A program made the translations under genes and the position numbers. Positions 46,434 through 59,014 of a stretch of DNA of 64,000 nucleotides are shown piece after piece. Source of the stretch: Emiliania huxleyi CCMP1516 (lineage: Eukaryota); contig NW_005201269.1 in the NCBI RefSeq assembly GCF_000372725.1, forward strand, positions 62,001 to 126,000, in the 5' to 3' direction. Positions within the stretch are counted from its first letter, which is position 1. Each line of letters begins with the position of its first letter. Under the pieces are notes generated by a model. That model ran no database searches. It was not told the DNA's origin and saw only the letters and a list, made by a program, of their open reading frames with translations.

Positions 46434-47846
46434 TCAGGCCCACGCCTCGATCTTCTTGGGCAGCAGCTGGTTGGACACGTCCTCTCCGTGTCCTAGGCAG
46501 GCGTCTTCGCCCTTGCCCCAGGTAAAGACAGCGCTGTCGGCGATGAGGGAGAGGCTATGGTACTCTCCAGCCGACACGGCAACGACGCGCTGGCCAGCCA
46601 AAGCCTCGATCTTCTTCGGCAGCTGCTGCAGTTGCTCGTCGCCGTGGCCCAGTCGGCCATCCTCTCCAAGCCCCCAGCTCCAGACGGCGCCGTCGGCGGT
46701 GAGGGCGAGGCTGTGAGACAGTCCAGCCGACACAGCGACGACGCGCTGGTCAGCAAAGGCCTCGATCTTCTTCGGCAGCAGCTGGCGCCGCTCGTCGCCA
46801 TGGCCCAACCTACCATAGGTTCCCTGGCCCCAGCTCCAGACCTCTCCGTCGGCGGTGAGGGCGAGGCTGTGTTCGCCTCCAGCCGACACGGCGACGACAC
46901 GCCGGCCAGTCAAGGCCTCGATCTCCTTGGGCAGCAGCTGCTCCTGCAGGTTGCCGTGGCCCAACTTGCCATAGTCTCCATCGCCCCAGCTCCAGATGGC
47001 GCCGTCGGCGGTGATGGCGAGGCTGTGGTACTGTCCAGCCGACACAGTGACGACGCGCTGGCCAGCCAACGCCTCGACCTTCTTCGGCAGCAGCTGGCCC
47101 TGCTGGTCGCCGTGGCCCAGCTGGCCAAAGCCTCCATAGCCCCAGCTCCAGACAGCGCCGTCGGCGGTGATGGTGATGCTGTGGTAAGCTCCAGCCGACA
47201 CAGCGACGACGCGCTGGCCAGCAAAGGCCTCGATCTTCTTCGGCAGCAGCTGGTCCTGCTCGTCGCCGTGGCCCAGCTGGCCAGAGCCTCCATCGCCCCA
47301 GCTCCAGACGGAGCCGTCGGCAGCGAGGGCGAGGCTGTGGAAATCTCCAGCCGACACGCTCACAGCACGCTCGCCGCCCAGGGGAGAAGGGAGGCGGGTC
47401 AGCGTGTTGAGCTGCGTCACTTCATCGCCGTGGCCCAGCAACCCTGGAGCGTAGGACGGCGCTGAGCCGCACGACGAGAGCCGCCCCTCGCCGTCGATGA
47501 AGAGGCTGTGTTGTTCGCCTGCCGCCAGCCTCGCCGGCGGGTTGGACTCGCGCAGCAAGGCATAGTAGCACAGCCACCGCACAGCGCAGCTCTCTCCCTC
47601 TGGCTGCGCCGGCGGCTCGTAGCCGGCCTCTTGCAGGCGCAAGCGGATGCCCTCCAGCGCAAGCGAGGCGTGGAAGAGCAGCGAGACGGCCGCGACGCGA
47701 GCGATGTCGGCGGGGTCGCAGCGAGAGAGGGCGCGCACGAGGAGCTCCGTGGGGAGATCGAGGAGGCGGGTGGGCGGCGACGCGTCCGGCGAGGGGGCGG
47801 CGGCGGAGGCGGCGAGGCGGCGCGAGCGGCGCCGCGGGGCAGACAT
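46434..47846 (-). CDS. F-box plus RCC1-repeat (beta-propeller) protein, intronless
   Basis: LLDLPTELLVRALSRCDPADIARVAAVS (F-box-like), then about 7 repeats of ~52 aa, VVAVSAG..HSLA.TADG.VWSWG.G..G.LGHGD....LPKKIEA. Confidence 0.88.
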   Translation of the reverse strand: MSAPRRRSRRLAASAAAPSPDASPPTRLLDLPTELLVRALSRCDPADIARVAAVSLLFHASLALEGIRLRLQEAGYEPPAQPEGESCAVRWLCYYALLRESNPPARLAAGEQHSLFIDGEGRLSSCGSAPSYAPGLLGHGDEVTQLNTLTRLPSPLGGERAVSVSAGDFHSLALAADGSVWSWGDGGSGQLGHGDEQDQLLPKKIEAFAGQRVVAVSAGAYHSITITADGAVWSWGYGGFGQLGHGDQQGQLLPKKVEALAGQRVVTVSAGQYHSLAITADGAIWSWGDGDYGKLGHGNLQEQLLPKEIEALTGRRVVAVSAGGEHSLALTADGEVWSWGQGTYGRLGHGDERRQLLPKKIEAFADQRVVAVSAGLSHSLALTADGAVWSWGLGEDGRLGHGDEQLQQLPKKIEALAGQRVVAVSAGEYHSLSLIADSAVFTWGKGEDACLGHGEDVSNQLLPKKIEAWA

Positions 47847-48413
47847 CGCGAGAAAAAGAATTTCCGCGCGCAGGATTTTGAACAGTGGTCTCATCCCTCC
47901 CTTGGGTTGTCTGTTTTCTTTCTTTCTTTCAGTGATGTCAAAAAGAATTATCCCTCGACCTTCCGTCCTTTCTTTCGTCGCAATTTACTCCCCAGTCACT
48001 CCCGGAGCCCTCCCTAGCCATCAACCCGCGGACCTCCACACCAAACCCGTCCCCCCACGAGAACGAGCCGCCCGGGGTGGAGCGCCGCCACCTGCCGGGC
48101 CTCGCGCACCTCCCACAGACACACCCCTCCCACGAAGAAGAGTAGGACCGCGGAGTGCTCCGCCGCGTGCCGCCTCGCCCCCGCCAGCCTCGCGCGCGCG
48201 CGGGAGAGGAGCCCCCCCGCCGCCTCGGCCGGCGAGACGCGCACCAGCCCGCGAGGCTCCTCGCCGGCCAGCACCCGCTCGAGCAGCCGCCGCGCGACGG
48301 GCTGGTACACGTCCCCCTCCGCCTGCAGGGGCGGGGTTCGATGCCGCGGCCCCTGGACGCTGGAGACGCGCCATCACAGAGGTGGGTCACTCTTTCGCCG
48401 CCCCCGCGCTCAG

Positions 48414-48800
48414 ATCAAGTGCTGCTACCCACGGTCCGAATGCGAGGCGCGGCCCAACTTACCCTGCGCGATGGCTCCAGTGCCAGAGATGGGCCTCCCA
48501 GAGCACACATGCCCCGATTGGGAGCCGGAGCCGGAGCCGGAGTCGGAGCCGGAGCCGTACGGGCGCATGCTTTTTGCGCCGGACGGCCATGCGGAGCTCG
48601 GCCGCGTCGAAGACCGCCACACGGTGTGCGCCGACACGCCGGACGAGCTCCTCGCACCTGTCGCGGAGACCCTCGGGCTCCCCGCTGCCACTTGCGCCGA
48701 GCTCCTTCTCGAAGGCGCGTGCAAGCTCCGTGAGGTCAAGGACGTGTGCGCCAAAACGTGTGAGGCGTGCAAGAAAGACAGGGAGGCAAGCTTGGGGTAG
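48414..48800 (+). CDS. Terminal exon of a Cys-rich protein ending in a ShK-like domain
   Basis: CADTPD...ATCAELLLEGACKLREVKDVCAKTCEAC has six Cys with the ShK-type CxKTCxxC end. Upstream exons are unclear. Confidence 0.45.
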   Translation: MKCCYPRSECEARPNLPCAMAPVPEMGLPEHTCPDWEPEPEPESEPEPYGRMLFAPDGHAELGRVEDRHTVCADTPDELLAPVAETLGLPAATCAELLLEGACKLREVKDVCAKTCEACKKDREASLG

Positions 48801-51800
48801 ACATGAAGTGCACCGGTTCTGATGGACCTTTGGCCAGCTTGGGGTAGACATGAAGTGCACCGGTTCTGATGGACCCTTGCGAGAGGTGGCGAGCGGAGCA
48901 AGAGCGGTGACCGGTGTACGGGGCTCCTCGCCACTTTGCTGCTATTTGACCTCAACTCGCGGCCCGCCGCGCGGCTCTCCGAGCGCGAGAGGAGTCGTCT
49001 ACGAGGCGGCGGCGAGCGCAGGCGGCGGCGACGCGGCGGCGCGGCGGCGGATCGCGGCGCTGACAACGGCAGCAATCTGCGGCAGGCTGCTACTTGCTGC
49101 AGCAGCTGTTGCTGCTGCTGCTGCTCCGCTGCTGCTGATTGTGGATACCCATACCTCCGATCACCCCGCCCGCCCGCCCCGCCCCGCCCGCCCGCCTCTC
49201 CCCGCTTGCCCGCCCGCCCGCCCGCCCGCCCGCCCGCCCGCCCGCCCGACCGACCGACCGACCGACCGACCACCCATTCCCATCACCATCTCACATACCT
49301 ACAATAGGCGCTCTCGAGAGCTCCATTCGCGGCCTACTCGCTGCCTCGAGGGAGGAGGGGAAGAGGACGGGCGTGCTTGCGCGCCTGGCGCGAGGCCCCC
49401 CCCCGAAAGGCAAGTATTAGACCCATGAAACCGAGACCCATCCCCACCGCCCCGACCCCCCCACCCCCTTGCTCCCCTCCCCCCCTCGGGAGGGCCGAAC
49501 TGAGGCGCCCGTGGGGACCCCGCAATTCCCTTCCCCCCTGGGAGGGCCGGACTGAGGCGTCGAGGGCCCCGCTCTTTCCCTCGCATAGCGGCCACTCTTC
49601 GGATCGCTGGTCGAGCGACCCGGGGGATGCCCCGCGCGCCTGACCCAGGCGCGAAAACGAATCTGCGAGGCGTGGCCGCTCACGCGGCCCGATGGGGAGG
49701 AACGGGGCGGACTACGGGGATCGGCTTCTTACACAGCCCTTCCCTGCAGCGAGCCCCCCTCCAACCCACCCGCGCTAGGTCCCGGGGGACGCAGGGGTCA
49801 GCCCCGCGCGACCTCGGGAACTAGCCGGGGCAGTCGGAGAAGGGGCAACTCCGCGCACTGACGGTCGGCCGCCAGAAAACACGCCTGCGAGCGAGCGGCG
49901 TGCGTGCGTGCGTGCGTGCGTGCAGAGCGGGCGGTGGGGCGATGGAAGTGAGGGCGTCGGCATGGGCGGTGGTGGTGAGAGCGGCGGTGAGGAAGGTGGT
50001 GGTGGCGAGGCCGGAGGGCAGCAGCCGCTGCCGCTGCTGCTGCTGCTGCCGCTGCTGCCGCCACCGCCGCCGCCGCCGCCCCCGCTGCTGCTGTTGCGGC
50101 ACCTCGCATGCGCCACCAGAGCGGCTCAGGAAAACGCAGCGAGCTGCGTTGACAGCCCAATTCCTGAGCAGCTCTGTTCCCCTGCCGCCTACCCGCTCAA
50201 TGTCACCATTGTAAAATGTGAAAGGGGGTAAGGTAAAGGGGGGGGGCAGTACCACAATGAGACGGGGGTACACCTACCGAACGATACCGGGATGGCTCTC
50301 CGGTACCGGCGTGATACCCGGGCGACATCTCCCCCGCCAATGGTAATGGAATGGGCATGATGAGGATGAGCATGATGGGTGACCACTCAGTGGGCACATG
50401 GATGTATGGGCCGAAAATGACGATGGGGGCCGAGCCCGCTCCCCTGGGACCACGCCGAAATTTCCCGAGGCCTCAAGCACGGGATGAGCATGACGAAAAT
50501 GCAAGGAGTGAGCCGATGAGAATGAAATGCGCAACGATGAAAATGATGATGGGGGCCGAGCCCGATGAAGAGTGAGCCCTGAGTGAGCACTGATGGCACA
50601 CGCGCATGCGTGTGCGTGTACAGCGCGTTCACGTGCGCGAATGGGCACCGCGAATGGGCAACTATCTTGCATGAGTGCGCCGCGCCCGGCCCGTCCCCGG
50701 GCCTAGCGACCCAGCAGGCTCGCGGCGCACGCAAGCCGGCCGCTCACCTGTGGGGAGACACCATACAGGCTCACCTAGCGTGGGTGTGGTGGCAGTCATG
50801 CCACGACACGGAGACACCAACACCATGTGGGCGCCCAAATCTGTTGTCTGATGCACCAAGCGTGCACCCAAGCGTGTAGGAAGCAGCCATCGTAATCTGT
50901 ATACCAACCATTGCACCGGCCCAGACCAGCTGGAGGCGGTGCTCCAAGGTGCCGGACGAGCGGCACACGCCGCGTTGCAATAGCTGTCGGACTTGACGCG
51001 CTCGGTACGACGCCTGCGACCCGTCTCGGGTCAGGTGGCACGACGCTCATCGCGCCTACCAGCGCTGCCGTACAGGTTGCCACGACGAGGTCGAGCACGC
51101 TTCTATACGCTCGCCCAGCCTTCCTTTCCATCCCATAAGGTAGCCTGGGAACGGTGGCGGTCAGAGGCAAAGCCTACGAGGGGTGGTGGAACCACATGTC
51201 ACGGCTACCGCCGGCTCGAGCCTCGACCCCACGATAGCCTCCGAAGGCTGACTTTGCGGCACCATCATCGACGATGTCGACGAGTTGGGTCGCTCTCGCG
51301 GTAGCCAGATGACCTCTCATAGAGTACTTTAGCATCATCGGCCATGGCCGCAGGGAGCGCGGGGGAGCGGGGCGCTGGGAGCAACACTTGACCCTCGCCG
51401 TATAAGAAACTCTCACACACCTAATAAAGTAACCTCCAAACGAGCTCTCTCTCGACTAACTCCCCTCTCTTTCGGCTCCACCTGGCCTGCCGGATTGCTG
51501 GGGACAGCCCCGATGCCGAACCGAGATCGCGCGGTGTGCAGTGCACGGCGCGCTCCCCCAAGCTCCCTCCACATGCGCATGGCCCAAGAATGTGGCGCCT
51601 CCGGCGGGGCGCTGCAGTTGGCCGAAGCCACCCCGAAACCACCCCGAGTTCCGTCAAGCGCCACCGCCGCCCCTCCAGCCCTGCGCGCCGCCGCTGCAAG
51701 GTGGCGGAGAGGCGACGGGCGCGACGCCCCGCCCACCCACCGCCCGCCATTGGCCCACGAAGGCATGAACGCGTCCATGAACGCGTCCATGAGCGCGTCC

Positions 51801-52497
51801 ATGAGCGCGTCCGTCAACACACGCGTCCGTGGCGTGCGGTGACGTGTCCGGCGGCGGTGCTCAGAAGGCGGCGAGGGCGGCGAGCGCGGCCTGCACCTCG
51901 TGGATGGCGGCGGGCGCGCCCCGGAAGAGGCGGAGCCGCGCCGAGCGCGGGAAGGAGAAGGAGGCGGTGCAGTCGGCGTCGCCCACGTTGCAGACGTAGA
52001 GCTCGAAGGCGCCGGCAGAGGCGGCCTCGGCGGCGCGGAGTTCCGCGCCCCCCAAGCCCTCGTCGTCTAACGGCTCGAGCTTCAACGCGGACATCTGACT
52101 CCACTCGCTCGACCTGCTGACGCCGGTTGACATACATCGACGGATCTGCCTCAGCGAAGCTTCCAACTCTCCTTTCCGGAGAGGCGCTCATCACTACCAT
52201 AACGGTGCTCTACCCCCGAAGGAGGGGTAGGCGCACCTCTCTATTACACAATGAGTGAGTGTGGGCCGGGGAGGGAGACGAGCGAGGTGTGTACCTTTTG
52301 ATGATTGTACACTACCCCCAGGCAGCCAAAAGTGCGGTCGACACGGCTCTATACGTGAGCGTGAGGGGGGAGTCTCTTGGAGTTGTTTGCCCAGCCTTGA
52401 CTTCTGACCTACAAAGAGTAAGAGAACCCACGTACGGAAACGAAAACACATCCAAACCAACACCACAACCGAGACAGACACCTGCTCTCGAAACATT

Positions 52498-55486
52498 CTA
52501 AGATGACGACTCCCCGCTCAAGTAGTAGAGCCACTGGCAGGGCTCGCTCCCTGGCACCGTCGCCGAGATGGTGAGCTTGCCCTTGGCGGACGTGGGCTGG
52601 CCCTCCTCAGGCTTGAAAGCCACCGCCACCGAGATCGACTTCTTCCCGTGGCCGGGCCCCGCAGCCGCGACAGACCACGCAAAGTCCATCGCGACGGGGC
52701 CCGTGTTGGCGAGCGGGAAGGAGAAGGTGCGAGTCTGAAACATCATCGTTGGCTTGAAGTTGACGGAGCTCGTCTCGCTCTCCAGCCATCCGTGCGCGCA
52801 CCGCGCCGTCGCAAACACCTTGGGCCGCGCCGTCATGTCATCGCCCTCGCCATCCGTGAGCGCCTCATACGCTGGCTCCGGGTCCACCTTGACGACCCGG
52901 TGTCGCTTCGCGGGACTTGCAGCCTCCTCGCTGCGCTGCGCCGCCTCGCCGTCCGCGCCTTCAGGTGGCTCCACCTCCGCCTCGTCTCCGTCCTCGTCCG
53001 CCGCGGGTGGCGGCGGCACCGGCTTGCCCTGGTTCTTCGGGTCGGCGTTCCACGCTCGAATACGCTCGTTCTCTGCCCTTACCGCAGCCGCAGCCTTTGC
53101 CGCCACGGCCTCATCGCGCTGCCAGAGACGGTACTCTGCGTCCGTGAGCCACTGCGCCGTCGTCATCGAGTCGTCCCAGTCGGCGGGCGTCTCAGCCTGT
53201 GTGTAGCGGACCTTGGTCAGCTGGAGGGCAACTTCGGCCGCATCGTGCTCGAGCGGCTCCGCGGAGAGGAAGGTCGCCACTACCTGCTTGGCCGCGCCGG
53301 GGAGGAGATGGCCCACGCCCGGTGCGAAGGTCAGCCCCGGCAGGCTCTCCCACTCGAATCGGTACGGCGTCGACGAGTAGTTGTGGAGCGTGAAGTTTAT
53401 GGACTTGGCGAGGCCAACCCCGACGTCCGAATAGTTGAGCGCATCTCCCTCGGCGTCGCCGTTCATCAAGCCTTCGACCGCCACGTCCTGGACGAACGCC
53501 TCGCCGCTGAGCTGGACCTGCGTCGCATCAAACGCGTTGTCGACCACCGAGAGGGAGAGTGCGCCCTTAAAGTCGCCCGCCTCGGAGGGTTGAAAGGTGA
53601 CCTCCACCATCCGGATCTCATTGGGCGGAAGCGACATTGGCTCCTCGACCGCTTCGCACAGAAACTGGCCGTCCGACTGCATGGCCAGCGAAAAGCTAGC
53701 GGGCAGGATGCCTGCGTTGTGCAGCCGCACTTGCCGCCGAATAGCGCGCCCAACCATCACACGAGCAAACTGGAGCTGCGGCTGTCCCTCTCCTGGCGTG
53801 GACGATGGGACGCTCGCGACGACGTGCGGCAGGGTCCCCTCGCCAAGGAGGTCCACCGCGAGGAGCCGTGTGGCGGGGTCTGTGCCGTGCTCGACCTCCG
53901 CCTCAAACACTCCGGTGTGCGTCGCCATCGCGTGCGGATTGAAGAAGAGCGTGACGTACCGGTGCTCGTGCGGTGGGATGACGCACCGCTTGGGCTCCAC
54001 CTCAAATGCGAGAGGCGCCCCCTGCGCGGCCTCCTGCCCCCGGGTCCGCAGGTCGACGGTGCACGACACGCGAAAGGGGTTGACGATCTTGAGCCGCTCC
54101 GACAGCTCGTGCCCAACCTGCGGGCCGTGAGTGGTGGCGGTAGAGACGCGAACTCGAGGGAGCATGCGACCCTCGAGACGGCCTGTGTCGACTCTTGACA
54201 TGTGTGGAGGCAGGGTCCGAGCTGCTAAAGCCCAGCGCATCCACTGCACGCCGTGGGCTCGCTGCGGAGTGTGACGGTACCAAGGTAAGCATCTACAGCG
54301 CCTCGCCATGTGCGAGCCGAAGCAAAAGATGCGCTCCTCCTCACCAAACACGTTTTGCGGGAGGCCGGACGCGCCAAAATCGCCGCGACGCTGCACGGCC
54401 TGCTCCTCAAAGATGCTGGCGTAGTCGTCCGTTGCGATGCCGGGGACACACGACTCGCCGAGCAGCTCGTACTGCAGCCCCTCCGGGTCCTCCTCGGGGC
54501 TTCGGTCCGTCACGTCGACGACAAACGCGGAGGCGCAAGACTCCGCCTCCGTGCCGGCCACAAACTTGGCTGTGATTACCGCCACGCCTCCCGCCGCGAC
54601 CACTCCGCTTGCGGGGGAGACGGTGAAGCTACCAAGGGTGAGCTCAGCCCGTGACGTGTCGTCCTCTGACGGCTCCTCGCCGCTAGCACGCAAGCAGTAT
54701 GCAAACTCGAACTCGCCTGTGTTGGAGAGCTCGAGTGTGCGCTCCTTCTCCGCGCCATACATCAGCGGCCCAAAGTTGATCCCTCGCGGCACCACCGCGT
54801 ACCGCGAGAAGCGCACCCGCGCGCTGACCTTGACTGGCGCGCCGAGCCACTTGAGCGTCTCGCCTAATCTCGGGTAATCTCGGGTAATCTCGGGTAATCT
54901 CTGGCGCCGCGGTCCGCAAGAGCATCTCGCCCGTCGAGAGCTCGGTGAATTGGATGCGCATGTCGGAGTTGCGCAGCAAGGTGAGCTCCTCCGTCGCCTG
55001 GAGCGTAAACTCGACCCGCTGCCGCTCGCCGCCCGGTGCGAGCACTCCCTCCGAGGGCGAAATGGCGAGGATGTCCCTGAGTGGCTGCTTGCGGCAGAGC
55101 ACCTTGTAGCCGACGTCGTACTTCCCGCCGTTGACCAGCTCGAGGGCGCTCTCCTGCTTGTCCGCCACCTTGAAGGCTCCGAAGTCGAGCCCTTCAAACT
55201 GGTCGTCCGGCCAGGCAATGTCGACGTCGATGGCATACGCCTCGGCCGACACGTGAACGGAGTGCCTCTGCACGGCGCCGAGCTCCGCCGCCGCATCCAT
55301 CACCTCAATGGCAAGGGTCTGCTCGACCTCCTTGGCCTCGCGGGCGTGGAAGGTCACCTGGACGTCGCAAGAGGCGCCGGGGGCGATGGTGCCTGACGTC
55401 GGCTCGATGGTGAAGTCCTCGCAGCCCGCCTCGTTCCCGTCGCCGGTGAGGGCGGCCAGGCTCTCAGCAGAGACCTCCCACCGCAC
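52498..55486 (-). pseudogene. HYDIN: HYDIN (axonemal central-pair protein) fragment, 5'-truncated and internally deleted
   Basis: Tandem ASH/Ig-like domains with HYDIN-like motifs GLDFG...NGGKYDVGY, INFGPL...NTGEFEF, GESCVPGI...SIFEE, IPPHEHRYVT, GEGTLPHV, DWDDSM, FKPTMMFQTR and the terminal WLYYLSG. GC-AG introns at 54864-54930 and 54118-54306. Confidence 0.8.
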
Positions 55487-55939
55487 AGGAAGCCCTCGCT
55501 GGGAGATTGGGGGTGCGCGTTCGCCAGGTGTATTCTTTTTTTGCTGCCCTCATCACGGGGTAGGTAGGGTAGGTCTGGGCCCTCCCGTCGGGGTTTTCCC
55601 TCTCTTCACGCTGGAATTTTCACGGCAGAAAAAGAAATTTTCCGGAAAAATCACGATGTCAAACGTCCCCAAATGGGTGATCTGATGCTTGTAGGGCCTG
55701 AGAGTGGCCTGCCATGTCACAGGAAGGACTGTGGTTGCAGGAGAGTACCACCACCCATCACTTTAGTTGGTATAGTACCCCACCTTCACCCATACTGTGA
55801 TTTCTTTTTTAGTTTCCCATAAGTAGGGTAGGTAGGTAGGGAGGGAGGGAGGGGCAGGGCAGGGGCCGGCCGGGTTTTTGCAGAAAAAGAAAGAAAGAAA
55901 ACAGACAACCAAAGGGAGGGATGGGAGGACGGCACGCCG

Positions 55940-56049
55940 CCACCACACAGGGATTTTAAGGAGAGGTGTGTGGTGCGCTATCCGTCGCCCACCCTAGGGA
56001 GTCTGCCTCTTCCTATCTCTCTTCGCAGTCTCTCGCCGATTCTCGCTGC
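55940..56049 (+). repeat. Repeat family E copy
   Basis: Matches 26389-26498. Confidence 0.9.
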
Positions 56050-56196
56050 AACCTTCATGCCACCTCGCGGTCGTCCCACCCTCGTCGTTTTTGCAGAAGT
56101 TCATGATTTTGCAAAAAAGAATACTTTTGCGCGCCCACCAGGGAAGGGCCGTGTAACCCTCCCCGGAGTCACAAGGGCACACGCCCCCAGCCCGCA

Positions 56197-57529
56197 ATGC
56201 CTACCGGGTCGGGCATCATCGATGCCAACGCGACCGCCGCAACCCTCCTCGGCCGCGACGGCGCGGCGACGGCCTCTAACGCCCCGCCGGCGGCTCGCTT
56301 CTGTTGGAGGGGAGAACTGCTGCCAATAGAAGCCGGATCGTGTTCTGGTTGGAATCCCGAGGTCGAGTGCACCAAATGTGAGTCGCGGCAAGGCGTCCCG
56401 CCTCCCTCCTTCCCACCGCCAGATGCAGCACTGCAGCAGCCAGGGCCACCTATGCCGCCTGCGTCGCGACCGCCCTCTTTGCCAATCTCGGTGGCTCAAG
56501 ATCCGGTAGATGTGCCGCCGAACCGCACCGAGCCGTCGCAGACCAGCCTGCCACCGCAGGCATTAGTGGCTGCTGCTGGATTGCCACCGCCGCCACCGCA
56601 GCTGCCGCCGCCACCGCAGCAGCTTCCGCCGGAGCCGCCGCCTGAGCGACCGCAGTCAACAATAATGCTGCCACCACCGCCGCTCTCGCCGCCGCCACCG
56701 CCACCGCCGAAATCGCCACCTCTCTCACCTCCGCTGACGCCGCTGCCAGCACTCACGCCGACTTCACCACCACCAACGTACCCACCAGAAGATGTCCCGC
56801 GATCACCGCCGCCGCTGCCGCCGTTATCGCCGCCGCTGCCGCCACCGCTGCCGCTGCCGGCCTCGCCGCTGCCGGCCTCGCCGCTGCCACCCATGCCGCC
56901 GTCGCCGTTGTCGCCACCACCTTCGCCACCGCCTCCGTCTGCATTGCCAACGTTGCCGCCGCTGCTTCCTCCGCCGCTGCCAACGTTGCCGCCGCTGCTT
57001 CCTCCGCTGCTGCCGCCGCCGCCGCCGCCACCACTGCCACCGCTGCTATCGCCGCCGCCACCACCGTCCGCTCCACCCAGCCTCCAGGTGAGGACGCGCC
57101 CGCCTGGGCAAAAGCCGTGGCAAAAGAGGCCGCCCGGGCAAAAGAGGTCTCCGCGGGAGGGATCCTCGCCGCCGCCGCCGCCGCCGCTGCCTCCGCCGCT
57201 GCTGCCGCCGCCTTTGCCGCCGCCACGGCCACCTTTGCCGCCTCCGCCGCCGCTGCCTCGAGACGCGGACTTGGCGGGCACCGGGGCGCCGGAGATGGAG
57301 GCTCCGCCCGAGCAGGTTGCGCCGCCGCTGGCGGAGCCGTCTCCGGCACCGCTGCCTTTGGCGGACGGCCCGTTGGCAGGCGAGCCTTCGGCGGAGGAGC
57401 TCCTGCCCGCGCCGCAGGGAGGCGCGAGCTCGCGCCTCGCCTCGCCAAACGAGACGGTCGCTCGGCGCCCGGAGGCAGGCTCGCCCCTCTCGCGCGCGGG
57501 CCGCCTCGCGCCTCTGGAGCTGCCCCTTC

Positions 57530-57571
<42 letters not shown>

Positions 57572-58059
57572 CCTTGCTCGTGCGCCTCTGCTGCCGCCGC
57601 TGCCGCTGCTGCCGCCGGCGGGGCGGCGCCTGGCCGTCGGATGGCGAGGAGTACGCGGTTCAGATCCCAGAGGGGCCGGTCCTCGAGATGACGGACTTGG
57701 ACGCCGCTTGCGAGCTCGCCGACACGTGCGGGGCCGCGACGCCAGGCCGCCGGCCGACGGTCCGCGTCGGCGACGACGGCATGCACGGCATGCACCGCGC
57801 GCCCGTCAAGTTCAAGTCAATCTACGAGGAGATCTCGGACCCGAACAACCTCTCGGACTGCTCGGCCGAGAGCGCCGACTTCGAGTCCGCCTTTGACGCC
57901 GGCGCGGGCGGCGCGGTGCTCTCTGCGAGCGGCGGCCGGAGCAGCAGGAGGCTCCCGCGCAGCGCGCGGGGCGGGGCGTGGGCAAAGAGGCAGGCAAAGG
58001 GGGGCGAGAAGTTCGAGAAGAGCTCGCTTCTCAACGACATGGACGTTCTTGTCCTGTGA
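56197..58059 (+). CDS. Proline-rich single-pass membrane protein
   Basis: Short Cys-containing N-region, a long (S/L)PPP stalk, TM LPALAALAALAALAAALLVRL, a CCRRCRCCRRR stop-transfer/palmitoylation-like patch and an acidic tail. No clear signal peptide, so the 5' end may be missing. Confidence 0.6.
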
Positions 58060-58409
58060 GCTCCGGCCTCTCCTCCGTCGTCCATCGCCGCACTCTCAAC
58101 AGACGAGCAGAGACGCATGACTGCACATCTGCACACCGCAGCACCACGGTGCCCAACAGGCTGGGTCTTGAGGTTGAGCGCCTGAGGCTCTCACGGCTGA
58201 GCGGAGGCGCTGTCATTGAGAGATCTCGCATTTTCGGTCGTAGCGCGAGGGAGACCCTAGCGTGTGCCATCATCAATCTATTTTTCAATCGTCGCAAGTC
58301 GTACACGTGCCACGTCGCACACACAGACGTCTCGCTACACAGTCTCGGCTCTCGCTGGACGTGCCGCTGCCGGGTCTCTCGCTCTTCCCCCCCCCCCCCC
58401 CCTCTCTCG

Positions 58410-58449
<40 letters not shown>

Positions 58450-58728
58450 TCTTCGGGGCCGCCGTGGGGTCGAAGAAGTGCAGCTCTTTAAGGGGAGGAG
58501 AAGGCTATGCCGTCGGCATTCCGTAGCCGCGACCCTCAGAGAGGCGCACACATCGTAACCTTTACAGCTTCGCGGAAGAAGGAGGCAGGTTGTCGAGCAT
58601 ATTTTTGAGACCCAAGGAAAGAAAGAGCGACGTCACTGTCTACCATTGTGGCAGAACACATTGATTGCCCGACATGCATAGGGCCATAGCTGGAGAGGGG
58701 GGACGACACTGCTTCAGCAGCGTGCACC

Positions 58729-58942
58729 TCGATCCTGGACCGTGTTTGTTTGACCCCCCCCCCCCCCCCCAATGAGCAATGAACACACCAGCGAGGGAGG
58801 GCGAGACGATCGAGGGGTCCCGTACCATGCGGAATCGACCCTATCCCAGTGCTCAGTGCTACGTTCGTACTTTTAGCTTACTCGGAGAAAAGGGAGAGGG
58901 GGTTGTGTTCTCTAGGCCCCTAAGGGCCCTACGCGCGGCGTG

Positions 58943-59011
<69 letters not shown>
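58729..59011 (-). repeat. Repeat family D copy plus (CT)n microsatellite at 58945-59011
   Basis: Reverse complement of 13401-13537, with the GA/CT run at a similar distance as in the first copy. Confidence 0.8.

Positions 59012-59014
<3 letters not shown>

Noticed and set aside
46434..47846. UVR8 photoreceptor
   Set aside because: It lacks the GWRHT tryptophan motifs and has an F-box-like N-terminus.
50351..50575. Met-rich / His-rich ORFs
   Set aside because: They derive from GATGA-type short repeats; there is no evidence of coding.
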